Assembly: GCA_041750655.1 (NCBI GenBank)
Contig: JBGSYZ010000015.1
Location: 7,119 to 71,118 of the forward strand
Source of the DNA: Minisyncoccia bacterium
GTDB lineage: Bacteria > Patescibacteriota > Minisyncoccia > Phycocordibacterales > UBA918
DNA: 64,000 bases
Reading direction: 5' to 3'
Positions 9,088 to 17,164 of the stretch are shown one piece after another. Numbering within the stretch: position 1 is the stretch's first letter; every line of letters starts with the position of its first letter. A program made the position numbers and the translations under genes. The notes under the pieces were generated by a model, which saw nothing but the letters and a program-made list of their open reading frames with translations, did not search any database and was not told the DNA's origin.

Positions 9088-10470
9088 TTAAAGTCCTACT
9101 TCATTTGAAGTGCCTGATACTGGGTCGGTATCAGCGTTGTTTTGAGTAGCTGCTTTTGTTTCAAGTTCAAAATAGACGTTTAAGTTACTCACATTAAGTC
9201 TAGTGCTAAGCCACACTCTTAGCACCTCAGATTCGGCGTGAGAAATTGGCCCAAAACTTTTATCTGTCCGGACAATTACTACTGAAGATCTGACACTGCC
9301 ACCACCTTGTGAACTATTCATCAGTTCTCCGATAGATATATCGATAATCTTTTCGTTAATTAACTTAGCTTCAGCCAGTAGTTGTACAGGGTCTTGTTTT
9401 TGCTCATTTTCCAACAATAGCTCTAAGGTTTGTAATTTTTCATTGTCACTCTGAGCTTCGTCTACTACTTTTTGCCACTCTTCTTTCGTTAATGAAAAAC
9501 CATTTTGTCTGACTATCAAATCTGCTCCTTCGAGTCCATAGAGAGGTAAAAGATTTTTATAACTTTGTATTTGTTCATCAGAAAAATGCTCTGACAAAAA
9601 AGCTAACTCAATTGTTTTGCTCGGGTTGTAGTGTATGTTTTTATAAATAACTACATGACCAGCATTAGTGAAGTTATCTAAAATATATTGATCGGTGTTT
9701 TGTTGAAAATTATTTTGCTCAACGAACGTATACGCTAAATAGAGGGCTGGAGTAACTATGATAATAATAATGGCGCTTATGATTCGGCGAACCTTATTCT
9801 TTTTTATTTCATCTGGGTATTCTCGTTTCGGCAACTTTAGATATTTTGCTACCAACAAAGCCGAAAGACAGATAAAAATACAGTTAATTAAAAAGAGATA
9901 AAAAGCTCCAATAATAAATTTTGGTTGTAAGGTACCGATACCGTAACCAACCGTACACAGTGGCGGCATGATAGCGGTAGCAATCGCTACTCCCGGGATA
10001 ACGTTATTTTGACGGGCTCGACTAATACCAATAAAACCAGCGATACCGCCAAAAATAGCTATTAACACGTCGAAGATAGTTGGTTGAATACGAGACAATA
10101 ATTCAGACTGAGCGTTATCTATTGGTGAGAGAGCAAAATACAAAGCAGAAATAAAAATACTAATAGCTGTTAGGGTCAGGAGATTACGAAATGAGCGACG
10201 CATTAAGCCCCAATCGTAAATAGACAAGGCGAGACCAATACTCACAATTGGACCCATCAATGGTGAAATCAGCATAGCGCCAATGACCACTGGAATCGAA
10301 TTAATATTAAGACCAACTGAGCAAACCCCAATAGCAAATACCAATGTCCAAAAACGAGCACTACTAAAATCAGCATCGTCTTTAACGCGTTCAATAATTT
10401 CGTGTTTTTCTTCCGCTCCTTCGCGTAAGTCTAGTAATTTCTTAAGAAATAGGGTTATTTGTTGGGCCAT
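9088..10470 (-). CDS. DUF389-family integral membrane protein
   Basis: Multiple TM helices in the N-terminal half matching the DUF389/TIGR00341 pattern (GAMLISPLMGPI), plus a C-terminal soluble extension. Confidence 0.65.
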   Translation of the reverse strand: MAQQITLFLKKLLDLREGAEEKHEIIERVKDDADFSSARFWTLVFAIGVCSVGLNINSIPVVIGAMLISPLMGPIVSIGLALSIYDWGLMRRSFRNLLTLTAISIFISALYFALSPIDNAQSELLSRIQPTIFDVLIAIFGGIAGFIGISRARQNNVIPGVAIATAIMPPLCTVGYGIGTLQPKFIIGAFYLFLINCIFICLSALLVAKYLKLPKREYPDEIKKNKVRRIISAIIIIIVTPALYLAYTFVEQNNFQQNTDQYILDNFTNAGHVVIYKNIHYNPSKTIELAFLSEHFSDEQIQSYKNLLPLYGLEGADLIVRQNGFSLTKEEWQKVVDEAQSDNEKLQTLELLLENEQKQDPVQLLAEAKLINEKIIDISIGELMNSSQGGGSVRSSVVIVRTDKSFGPISHAESEVLRVWLSTRLNVSNLNVYFELETKAATQNNADTDPVSGTSNEVGL

Positions 10471-10541
10471 ATTTATACAACAATAGTAACAGCAGAAGCG
10501 ATAGTGACAAAGTTATATACCTTTAGTTTATCCATACGTCA

Positions 10542-11720
10542 TTACTGATACTGGATATAGATTGGTGTAGGAGTGAAGTTAAGTACCTCCTGTGGTGTAA
10601 AGAGTCCTGTGCTCGGTGGTTTTAAATCATTTTTATAGAAGAGCTTAATACCAGTAAACTGAACCGGTTCGGGAATAATGACGTGCTGGTACGTACCAGT
10701 TTTTAAATCTTTTGAACCCCAGCCGTCCATATCCATTACTACCTGTACCTCCGGTCGCGGTTGTATGTTTTGGTAATTAGTAACCATGTCTTGAGTAAAT
10801 CGATGTATCACCAATACTTTCGGCGGTAATTTATATTCGTGTACGATGTCTGCCAACCAATCGATAGCATAGTTGATATCAGCTGCGTCAAAAGTGCCAA
10901 TAGCAGTACCCGGTCGTTGGCCGCCTTTCATGGAGAACTCAGGATCAATGCCGAGATGTACGTCTGGCCGACTTAAGTACTCACGGAACTTTGGTAACTC
11001 ACGTTGCAAGTTACTGAGGCCAACTTGTAAATCAAGAAATAATACTCCGTTGACCTCGTGTGCTAGTTCGTATCCGCGCTCGATGTGTTCAGCTGGCATA
11101 ACATTGCGCCACATGCCATCCGCGCCAGCACTGCCTTGGGCTACCATGGCAATGTAGTGTATAGCCGGAATGACCGGTGTGTTTGGGTCAGCAGTTTCCC
11201 AAGCGGTGACTGTGTTATCAAGGTGCGTAATGAGTGCATCGTGATCAAGTTCACCGAGAATCCCCATGTAGCGTGAATAAAAATTGCCGTAGTAGGCGAC
11301 AAGGCGATTAAAAGGGAGTAACGCACCACCGTTTGGGTAGGGATTTTTAGCTGGCCAGCGACGGTTGGCGACGGTGGTATTGGTTGAGCTGCTGGTGATG
11401 AGTTCGTATTTCGGTTTGGTCGTGGTACCAGCTTCGGTGACAATCGTTATTTCTTCTGCAAGGGTTGAGCTTGCGAACCCTGCCAAGGCTAAGACACGAT
11501 GATTATAATCTTCTTTGTTAAGTGGTAGTGGCCACTCCGGTGGTGGCGGCAAGGTGTCATCCTTTTCTTCACCCAACAGGGGAGTAGTGGTCGAAGTATT
11601 TAAATTGGTGAAGGAAAGTGTAGTGACGGCGGGCAACCAGACGTTTACCAAAAATAAACCAACCGTCGCTATACCTGCGGTAATTACAGCCACTATTGCG
11701 ATATGCCAGTATTTATTCAA
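10542..11720 (-). CDS. hypothetical membrane-anchored extracytoplasmic protein
   Basis: N-terminal TM/signal anchor followed by a large hydrophilic domain; no confident family assignment. Confidence 0.45.
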   Translation of the reverse strand: MNKYWHIAIVAVITAGIATVGLFLVNVWLPAVTTLSFTNLNTSTTTPLLGEEKDDTLPPPPEWPLPLNKEDYNHRVLALAGFASSTLAEEITIVTEAGTTTKPKYELITSSSTNTTVANRRWPAKNPYPNGGALLPFNRLVAYYGNFYSRYMGILGELDHDALITHLDNTVTAWETADPNTPVIPAIHYIAMVAQGSAGADGMWRNVMPAEHIERGYELAHEVNGVLFLDLQVGLSNLQRELPKFREYLSRPDVHLGIDPEFSMKGGQRPGTAIGTFDAADINYAIDWLADIVHEYKLPPKVLVIHRFTQDMVTNYQNIQPRPEVQVVMDMDGWGSKDLKTGTYQHVIIPEPVQFTGIKLFYKNDLKPPSTGLFTPQEVLNFTPTPIYIQYQ

Positions 11721-11838
11721 TACCGCAATAATAACATGCGCTTTTTTAATGATGTGGTAGAGGATGTTTGATCTTTTGTAGTAAATAGACGGTAAACTTT
11801 AATCTTTTATTTTTTAGTGAATAACGAGCCAGTTAGCT

Positions 11839-12501
11839 TTACTCTACAGGGATAATAATTTCATTGCGAAGAATGAGGGGCATTGAAAGTGGAGGATTAT
11901 ATTGTGCCACTTGTATATCACCAACAATTTTTACCCTATCTCTTTCCAATAAAGATTGTAGTAGGACTTTTTTCTTATCTATTCTGTTTGGGGTGGGATA
12001 CCACGTGAATTTTAAAACAGCGACTTTCTGAGTAGCCACTTCACGTATATGCACGGCAGGATTATTTGGAGCCGGCAAATTCTCCAGCGTATATTCTGAT
12101 GGTAAAACAAAAGCAATAACTCTCCCTTTAGAATTATTTTCTGTTTCGAGAACCGGAGCAGTCATAGCAATTTTTTCTGATGTCTGACTTTCTAACACCG
12201 GCGAAGTCATAGAAATATTTGTTTTTGTAGTGTTGTTACCAAAAATATAATCGGCAACAATTCGAAAACCAGTGCTCAGAGCTTCTTGTCGATTACCGCT
12301 TACTGTAGTTTCCGCTACGATATACGGTTGGTACTCACGAAGCTCGTAGCCGTTTTTGCTCTCAAGAACGGTATAGGTTGGCTTCTCAATATTGCGTACA
12401 AATATATAACTGATTCCTGCCCACAGGACAAGCAATATAATGAACCCAAATAAGACATAATAAATATACATGACTAAAGTATAGCAGTTATAACGTCCCA
12501 T
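11839..12501 (-). CDS. SOUL/HBP heme-binding family protein (membrane-anchored)
   Basis: Y.VLESKNGYELREY start, an IAMTAPV motif and a C-terminal YNPP motif, all characteristic of SOUL family proteins. Confidence 0.7.
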   Translation of the reverse strand: MGRYNCYTLVMYIYYVLFGFIILLVLWAGISYIFVRNIEKPTYTVLESKNGYELREYQPYIVAETTVSGNRQEALSTGFRIVADYIFGNNTTKTNISMTSPVLESQTSEKIAMTAPVLETENNSKGRVIAFVLPSEYTLENLPAPNNPAVHIREVATQKVAVLKFTWYPTPNRIDKKKVLLQSLLERDRVKIVGDIQVAQYNPPLSMPLILRNEIIIPVE

Positions 12502-12540
12502 TAAGATACTCAGAAAAACCTTATTAAATTTCCTTTAAAA

Positions 12541-12665
12541 TGCTGGATGCAAAAGTCCAAGAGACTTTTGCACGAGGTTGCCAGCTCGTCAGGATGACAA
12601 CCTAAACAGCTCCTGTAGGGAAGCCTCTGACCACTTGGGTGGAGCCAGTTTTACTTTTGGTTAAA
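12541..12665 (+). ncRNA. structured non-coding element, copy 1 (family unknown)
   Basis: Hairpin gcaaaagtc/gacttttgc, then a ggttg...caacc helix enclosing an inner hairpin, then cttgggtggagcc. Paralogous to 13500-13640. Confidence 0.35.
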
Positions 12666-12796
12666 TAAGTCAAGAATCGATAGGTGTTATGCATAGAAAA
12701 TGCTATCATAAAATATTGAGAGGTTAGTTGCGAGATTGACCGTTTACTATAAAACTGAGCGCGTTCTCTATAGTGCACAGTAGAAAAATAAAATAT

Positions 12797-13186
12797 ATGA
12801 CTACTAGGAATATACTATTAGGAATTTTTATGGTTGCAGTTTTTGCAACTGGTTTCACAGTAGGTAGGTTTAGCGGTGAAGGGAATATGATTGTTACTAG
12901 CAGTCGCAATGTACCTGTAGAAAGTTCTTCCCAAAATGACAGTATTACAGAAGGTGATCAATCAACAGGTATCGAAGAAAATACAACCATTTCAACTGAC
13001 AACTTAACGGATGGCCAAAAAAAGATGTTATCAGCGGTAGGTATTGATGCTGAGTCTATTGTGGTAACGCCAGAGATGGCAGCTTGTGCTGATACAAGTG
13101 TGGGAGCGAGTCGAATGAGTGAAATTATCAATGGAGCCACTCCGTCAATAACTGAGGGAATAAAGTTAGTAGCTTGTTATAAATAA
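12797..13186 (+). CDS. hypothetical secreted/membrane-anchored small protein
   Basis: ORF track begins at 12773; the M at 12797 starts a signal-anchor (MTTRNILLGIFMVAVFATGF); Ser/Thr-rich. Confidence 0.4.
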   Translation: MTTRNILLGIFMVAVFATGFTVGRFSGEGNMIVTSSRNVPVESSSQNDSITEGDQSTGIEENTTISTDNLTDGQKKMLSAVGIDAESIVVTPEMAACADTSVGASRMSEIINGATPSITEGIKLVACYK

Positions 13187-13195
13187 TAAATATAT

Positions 13196-13444
13196 ATGAG
13201 TATTTTAGTTTGGGTAATTTTTGGCGCTTTAGCTGGTTGGGTAGGATCAATGATTATGGGTACCGATGGACAACAGGGTTTAGTTCTTAATATTGTCGTT
13301 GGTATTATAGGCGCTGTTCTAGGCGGATATATAATGAATTACTTTGGTAAAGGTGGTGTAAGTGGATTCAATCTGTATAGCTTCCTGGTTGCAGTTGTTG
13401 GAGCCGTAGTATTGCTAGCAATACTTAAGCTTATTCGAGGATAA
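13196..13444 (+). CDS. GlsB/YeaQ/YmgE-family (transglycosylase-associated) stress membrane protein
   Basis: 82 aa (ILVWVIFGALAGWVGSMIMG...VVGIIGAVLGGYIMNYFG) with typical family length and motifs. Confidence 0.8.
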   Translation: MSILVWVIFGALAGWVGSMIMGTDGQQGLVLNIVVGIIGAVLGGYIMNYFGKGGVSGFNLYSFLVAVVGAVVLLAILKLIRG

Positions 13445-13470
13445 GCCACTTAGTTAAGTTAAGTTTGTTT

Positions 13471-13507
13471 GCAAAAATCCCCAGACTAGAAGGGGGATTT
13501 TTGCATT
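13471..13507 (+). terminator. rho-independent terminator (12-bp stem)
   Basis: gcaaaaatcccc-loop-ggggatttttgc. Confidence 0.75.
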
Positions 13508-13640
13508 TGGGTGACTACCGACCCTTGGGTGGAACCAATTGCAAGTGAGAAAGTGTGGGGCACTTTTGCAAGAGGTTGCCAGCTGCGCCTGCAGCGACAA
13601 CCTGAACAGCTTCTGTAAGAAGCTGTGTCTTGAATGGCTA
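13500..13640 (+). ncRNA. structured non-coding element, copy 2 (family unknown)
   Basis: Shares acttttgcaNgaggttgccagct...gacaacctRaacagctYctgta..gaagc and cttgggtggaRcca with copy 1, but in permuted order. The inner hairpin differs with compensatory pairing (gctgcg/tgcagc versus gtca/tgac). Confidence 0.35.
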
Positions 13641-13764
13641 AGCGATGCAAGGGTTTGTTTTAGATAGTGATATTAAAAATGGTTCCACTGGGTTGGTAGG
13701 GAAAAGAAAAGCCACCCTCTCGCCGAAACGAAAGGGTTGCTTTCAGTTTTGCCAGGGGTGGCGG

Positions 13765-14235
13765 TCAGCGTGGTTCGTATTCGTCCCAACGCTTCACTTC
13801 ACCGTACAGAACTATGTAGACACCAGGCGGTAGCGTTTGCACCGCCCCGACAGCCATACCGACGTTGAAGTCGGCATCGGACTCACGGAAGCGTTCGGGG
13901 GTCATGGCGCCCGTCAGAATGATAGTCTTGTCCGTGATGTCAGACAGATGCTCGGCAGTGACGTGAATGGTGTCGGTGCCGTGCAGAATGACCACCTTGT
14001 CTTCGTGCGCGGACGCCGCGATGCGTTTGATGGCATCACGGTCATCGTCATCCATGTCCAGGCTGTCTTCCTGGCAGGCGCAGGTAAACCCCACTGCGTA
14101 GGGAATACCAGCACGACGACAGATACGATGCCAGGCCGATTCGCCGATGACGAAGTTGTAGCCATGGTTGTCATCGTTGGCCAGATAGTCCTTGTCGATG
14201 GTGCCACCTGCTTGAATAAAGCGAATGATACTCAT
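13765..14235 (-). CDS. asparaginase N-terminal-domain-like protein (standalone, ~156 aa)
   Basis: FIQAGGTIDK and VVILHGTDTI motifs resemble the L-asparaginase/GatD N-domain. Start MSIIRF has a GGGGGTGG RBS and an ATGA overlap with the upstream gene. GC-rich. Confidence 0.45.
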   Translation of the reverse strand: MSIIRFIQAGGTIDKDYLANDDNHGYNFVIGESAWHRICRRAGIPYAVGFTCACQEDSLDMDDDDRDAIKRIAASAHEDKVVILHGTDTIHVTAEHLSDITDKTIILTGAMTPERFRESDADFNVGMAVGAVQTLPPGVYIVLYGEVKRWDEYEPR

Positions 14236-14582
14236 ACGTTGCCACCCCCGTAAGTTTCTGCACCAGCTTCGGTCGTGCACCAGCACACCGATTCGATGCC
14301 GCCGTTGATTGGCCGAACGACTTCGACCGATTTCTTGGTCACGGTCATCAGGTATTTGGCGATAACCGTGCAGCATTCAAGGAATTCAGGACGAGTGAAG
14401 TCCTTTTCTTCCATGAAAACGTGCACGACCATCACGTCAGGTTGCGTCAGCCCATCACTGGTTTCAACCCAGATGAAATGTGGGTAGACATAGCCCATGA
14501 CGTTGCTGCCAAGCGCTTTGACTTGCTCGACCTGCGTTTCGGTAGGGTGGCTGTCAGCCACGATTCTGAAAATTGGCATCAC
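14232..14582 (-). CDS. hypothetical protein (possible tautomerase-superfamily, N-terminal Pro)
   Basis: 116 aa beginning MMPIF; size and N-terminus are reminiscent of MIF/tautomerases, but sequence similarity is not established. Confidence 0.25.
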   Translation of the reverse strand: MMPIFRIVADSHPTETQVEQVKALGSNVMGYVYPHFIWVETSDGLTQPDVMVVHVFMEEKDFTRPEFLECCTVIAKYLMTVTKKSVEVVRPINGGIESVCWCTTEAGAETYGGGNV

Positions 14583-15133
14583 ACTTCCTTTCAGATAGCG
14601 ACGACGTGGCCGAGAGCCATGTTGTCGTCAGGGGGTGAAGAGTTGCTTGATCTCGGCCGTTTCTGGTGAAGGCGGCTTTCAGTTCATCGAAGGTATATAG
14701 GGTCAGCCACATACCGCTGGTATTCTCGGCTTCCAGCACGTCATCGAACCCGAACGGGGTCGAAAACATGCCAGGCTAGCCAGGCTTCAGGCAGGCCCGA
14801 AGCGATGCCAGGGTAGGTCGCGCCCAGACCGCGCACTTCACCGACTTCGAACGTATGGCCAGTGAATTCCCACTGCTTCTTGCAGTAGTCGATGCTGGCC
14901 GCAGACGGGTCGATGCCGACGTAGTTCGTGATGCCGAGTTCAGGCAAAATGCTGATGACTCTGCCGATACGACACCCGACATCAACCACTTCGCCGTCGG
15001 CAGGTACGTCCCTGAAGATATGGCGAGAGAAGTGGTCGACCCAGATTGGTGTGTCTGACGTATCACCAGCACGAATGTATTCATCGTACATGGCGACAGC
15101 CCCTGTTTCCATGGGTGAGAGTGCGAGTTCCAT
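14554..15133 (-). pseudogene. class I SAM-dependent methyltransferase interrupted by a +1 frameshift
   Basis: N-terminal ORF (14741-15133) carries the VVDVGCRIG motif I. The C-terminal continuation (FGFDDVLEA...) is in another frame (14554-14769). Removing one C from the CCCC run near 14745 restores a single frame. Confidence 0.5.
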
Positions 15134-15352
15134 TCGCGTGTCCCTTCCTAGTTTGGTGTGGATGTGTGAGAACTTCTAGGCACAAGGCCGCAAAATTTCG
15201 CTTCGAACAATATAATGAAAATGGGTGTTTGTAAAGGTATTTAAATTTTGTAGTCGCTCTGGTTTCACTAAGTTCACTAGGCACTCAAAAAACACATACA
15301 GTCGAACCAAAATACCTTTATTTATATAGTCCCTAGAGAATCTAGGGCAGTA

Positions 15353-15426
15353 GGGCGGCTACCGGGAATCGAACCCGAATTTTCGGTACCACAAACCGAC
15401 GTAATAACCGTTATACAATAGCCGCC
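15353..15426 (-). tRNA. tRNA-His (anticodon GUG)
   Basis: Reverse complement gives acceptor ggcggct/agccgcc, anticodon stem tcggt/accga with loop ttGTGgt, T-arm tcggg-TTCGATT-cccgg and discriminator C. Confidence 0.8.
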
Positions 15427-15719
15427 ATGTAACTGAGGGGCAGCGTAGCTGCGCCCCATCGGTGGCCATAGTTATACCGGTTTTTGGTAAAAAAGTCGAG
15501 GATAATTTTGCTACAATACCGACTATGAACAACACAACTCTCACTATCGCTATTGTTTTTATTTTTCTCCTAGGAGCTGGCTTTGGGTTTTATTTGACCA
15601 GACTAATCTTCTAACTTTACTGCATGAAGTTTGACGAATACACCTGTGTATTGTCGGAATATAATATTGTGTGTCCATAGCGTATAATCCAAACAATTTA
15701 TTATTTAAACGTTTTAATT

Positions 15720-16109
15720 ATGAAAGGATTTATCGAAGAATTTAAAGCCTTTGCGATGAAAGGCAACGTGATTGATTTGGCTGTAGCGGTAGTAATTGGC
15801 GCCGCTTTCGGGAAAATCGTCTCATCATTGGTGGCCAACATCATTACCCCAATTATTGGCCTTCTAATGGGTGGTGTTGATTTTTCAGGATTGGCATACA
15901 CCATTGGTGATGCTGAAGTAACTTACGGCGTGTTTATTCAATCAGTGATTGATTTTGTTATTGTGGCCTTCGTTATCTTTATGGTAGTCAAGGCTATCAA
16001 CAAAGCCACTGCTCTGGGTAAGAAAGAGGAAGAAGCTCCAGAAAAACCAAAAGAACCATCTGAAGAAGTGAAACTCCTTCGAGAAATTCGTGACAATCTG
16101 AAGCGATAG
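15720..16109 (+). CDS. mscL: large-conductance mechanosensitive channel
   Basis: [34 protein letters not shown]...; two TM segments and a C-terminal charged helix; 129 aa. Confidence 0.9.
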   Translation: MKGFIEEFKAFAMKGNVIDLAVAVVIGAAFGKIVSSLVANIITPIIGLLMGGVDFSGLAYTIGDAEVTYGVFIQSVIDFVIVAFVIFMVVKAINKATALGKKEEEAPEKPKEPSEEVKLLREIRDNLKR

Positions 16110-16121
16110 GTATAAAGAAAG

Positions 16122-16150
16122 AACGCCGTGACCAAAGGTCACGGCGTTTT
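16122..16150. terminator. bidirectional terminator between mscL and carD
   Basis: aacgccgtgacc-aaa-ggtcacggcgtt followed by a T-run. Confidence 0.75.
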
Positions 16151-16648
16151 AAGTTTTTCTGCCCACTCAGGCGGAAGAGGTTCTCGCTCAATAAGGCTCT
16201 CAATGATTCCACGAGCACCCAGTCTTGGTACTTGGAGCACCGACACGAGTTCGTTGGTTAACCGTTGCAACCCTTTCTCATACAGTTCATATCGCTGCGA
16301 CCCCAACTCACCGGCATCTTTAGTGTAGAGATTGCGTACGAGAGTGGCGAGTTCTTTAATGTCACCACTATTGAGCTGTTCTCGATACCTTTTATATCGT
16401 TGATTGTTATTTGGTGCTTTTATATGTGTTCGTTTGCCACGTAATATTTTTATGACTCCCAGAACACTTTCTTTCGAACTAGGAACCCGCACACCCGAGG
16501 CAGCCATTTCATCTTGAGGTCTAATAACCGTCACATCACCACAGACAATTTTGAAACACTTTTTCCCATATATCTCAATTTCTTCAATAATTGTTCCTAA
16601 ACCGAGTTCCGGAACCACCACCTGGTCATTAACTGAGAACTTTCCCAT
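16139..16648 (-). CDS. CarD/CdnL-family RNA polymerase-binding transcription factor
   Basis: N-terminal FSVNDQVVVPELGLGTIIEEIEIYG matches the CarD_CdnL_TRCF RNAP-interaction domain. Confidence 0.8.
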   Translation of the reverse strand: MGKFSVNDQVVVPELGLGTIIEEIEIYGKKCFKIVCGDVTVIRPQDEMAASGVRVPSSKESVLGVIKILRGKRTHIKAPNNNQRYKRYREQLNSGDIKELATLVRNLYTKDAGELGSQRYELYEKGLQRLTNELVSVLQVPRLGARGIIESLIEREPLPPEWAEKLKTP

Positions 16649-17164
16649 GAGAGTTCCTTTCTTAGCTACTCTCTATTAACTATGCCTCAGTCTATAAATA
16701 CTGCAACCGTTTATGATTTTGAAATAAAAAATGATGGCTGTATATATAGCCACATCGGATATTTTGATTCGTACTGCATCTTCACTAGGAGTTATCCACA
16801 GGTCTCCTTCACTCACATCAGTAATTTAGGTAGCAAGTAAGCCACTGCTACCATAGTAAGCCACCATACAGTAGTTTTTTTGATGTGCTAATATCATAAG
16901 TAACACACGAGTTCGTGTGTGTCGGAGGAAGACACGCGCTTCGTGGCTCATTAGCCTGTGCCCGAATAAGCACGAGTCATATTAGCTCGAGCAAAGGTGA
17001 TCTTTCTTAAAAACAACTGACCGCTTACTCCAAAGCGGCGGCCCACCAGCAATTGTTTTTGCGAACGATCATTCTCACTATCCTGTTGTAAAAACAGGGT
17101 CTCTTTCTCGATGCTGAACTTCTTGTACAACTTAATAGTACCTTTAAAGAATCGTAGTCTTTAT

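Noticed and set aside
12570-12600. CUGACGAG (hammerhead-like) in the reverse complement of element copy 1, and an ACGAGG...GUCAGGA..ACAA resemblance to a guanidine-III riboswitch.
   Set aside because: The supposedly diagnostic nucleotides are exactly those that differ in copy 2. No GAAA or cleavage-site context is present. So the similarity is taken as chance.
13837-15284. Multiple plus-strand ORFs of 60-140 aa across the GC-rich island.
   Set aside because: High GC suppresses stop codons. The coherent, translationally coupled, motif-bearing genes are on the minus strand.
15525-15614. 29-aa hydrophobic micro-ORF next to tRNA-His.
   Set aside because: No RBS and too short to support.
16827-16850. 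gccactg (B12-box-like) inside a hairpin upstream of nrdB, considered as a cobalamin riboswitch.
   Set aside because: No other cobalamin riboswitch core elements are present. Class I RNR has no B12 link. It looks like a simple stem-loop.
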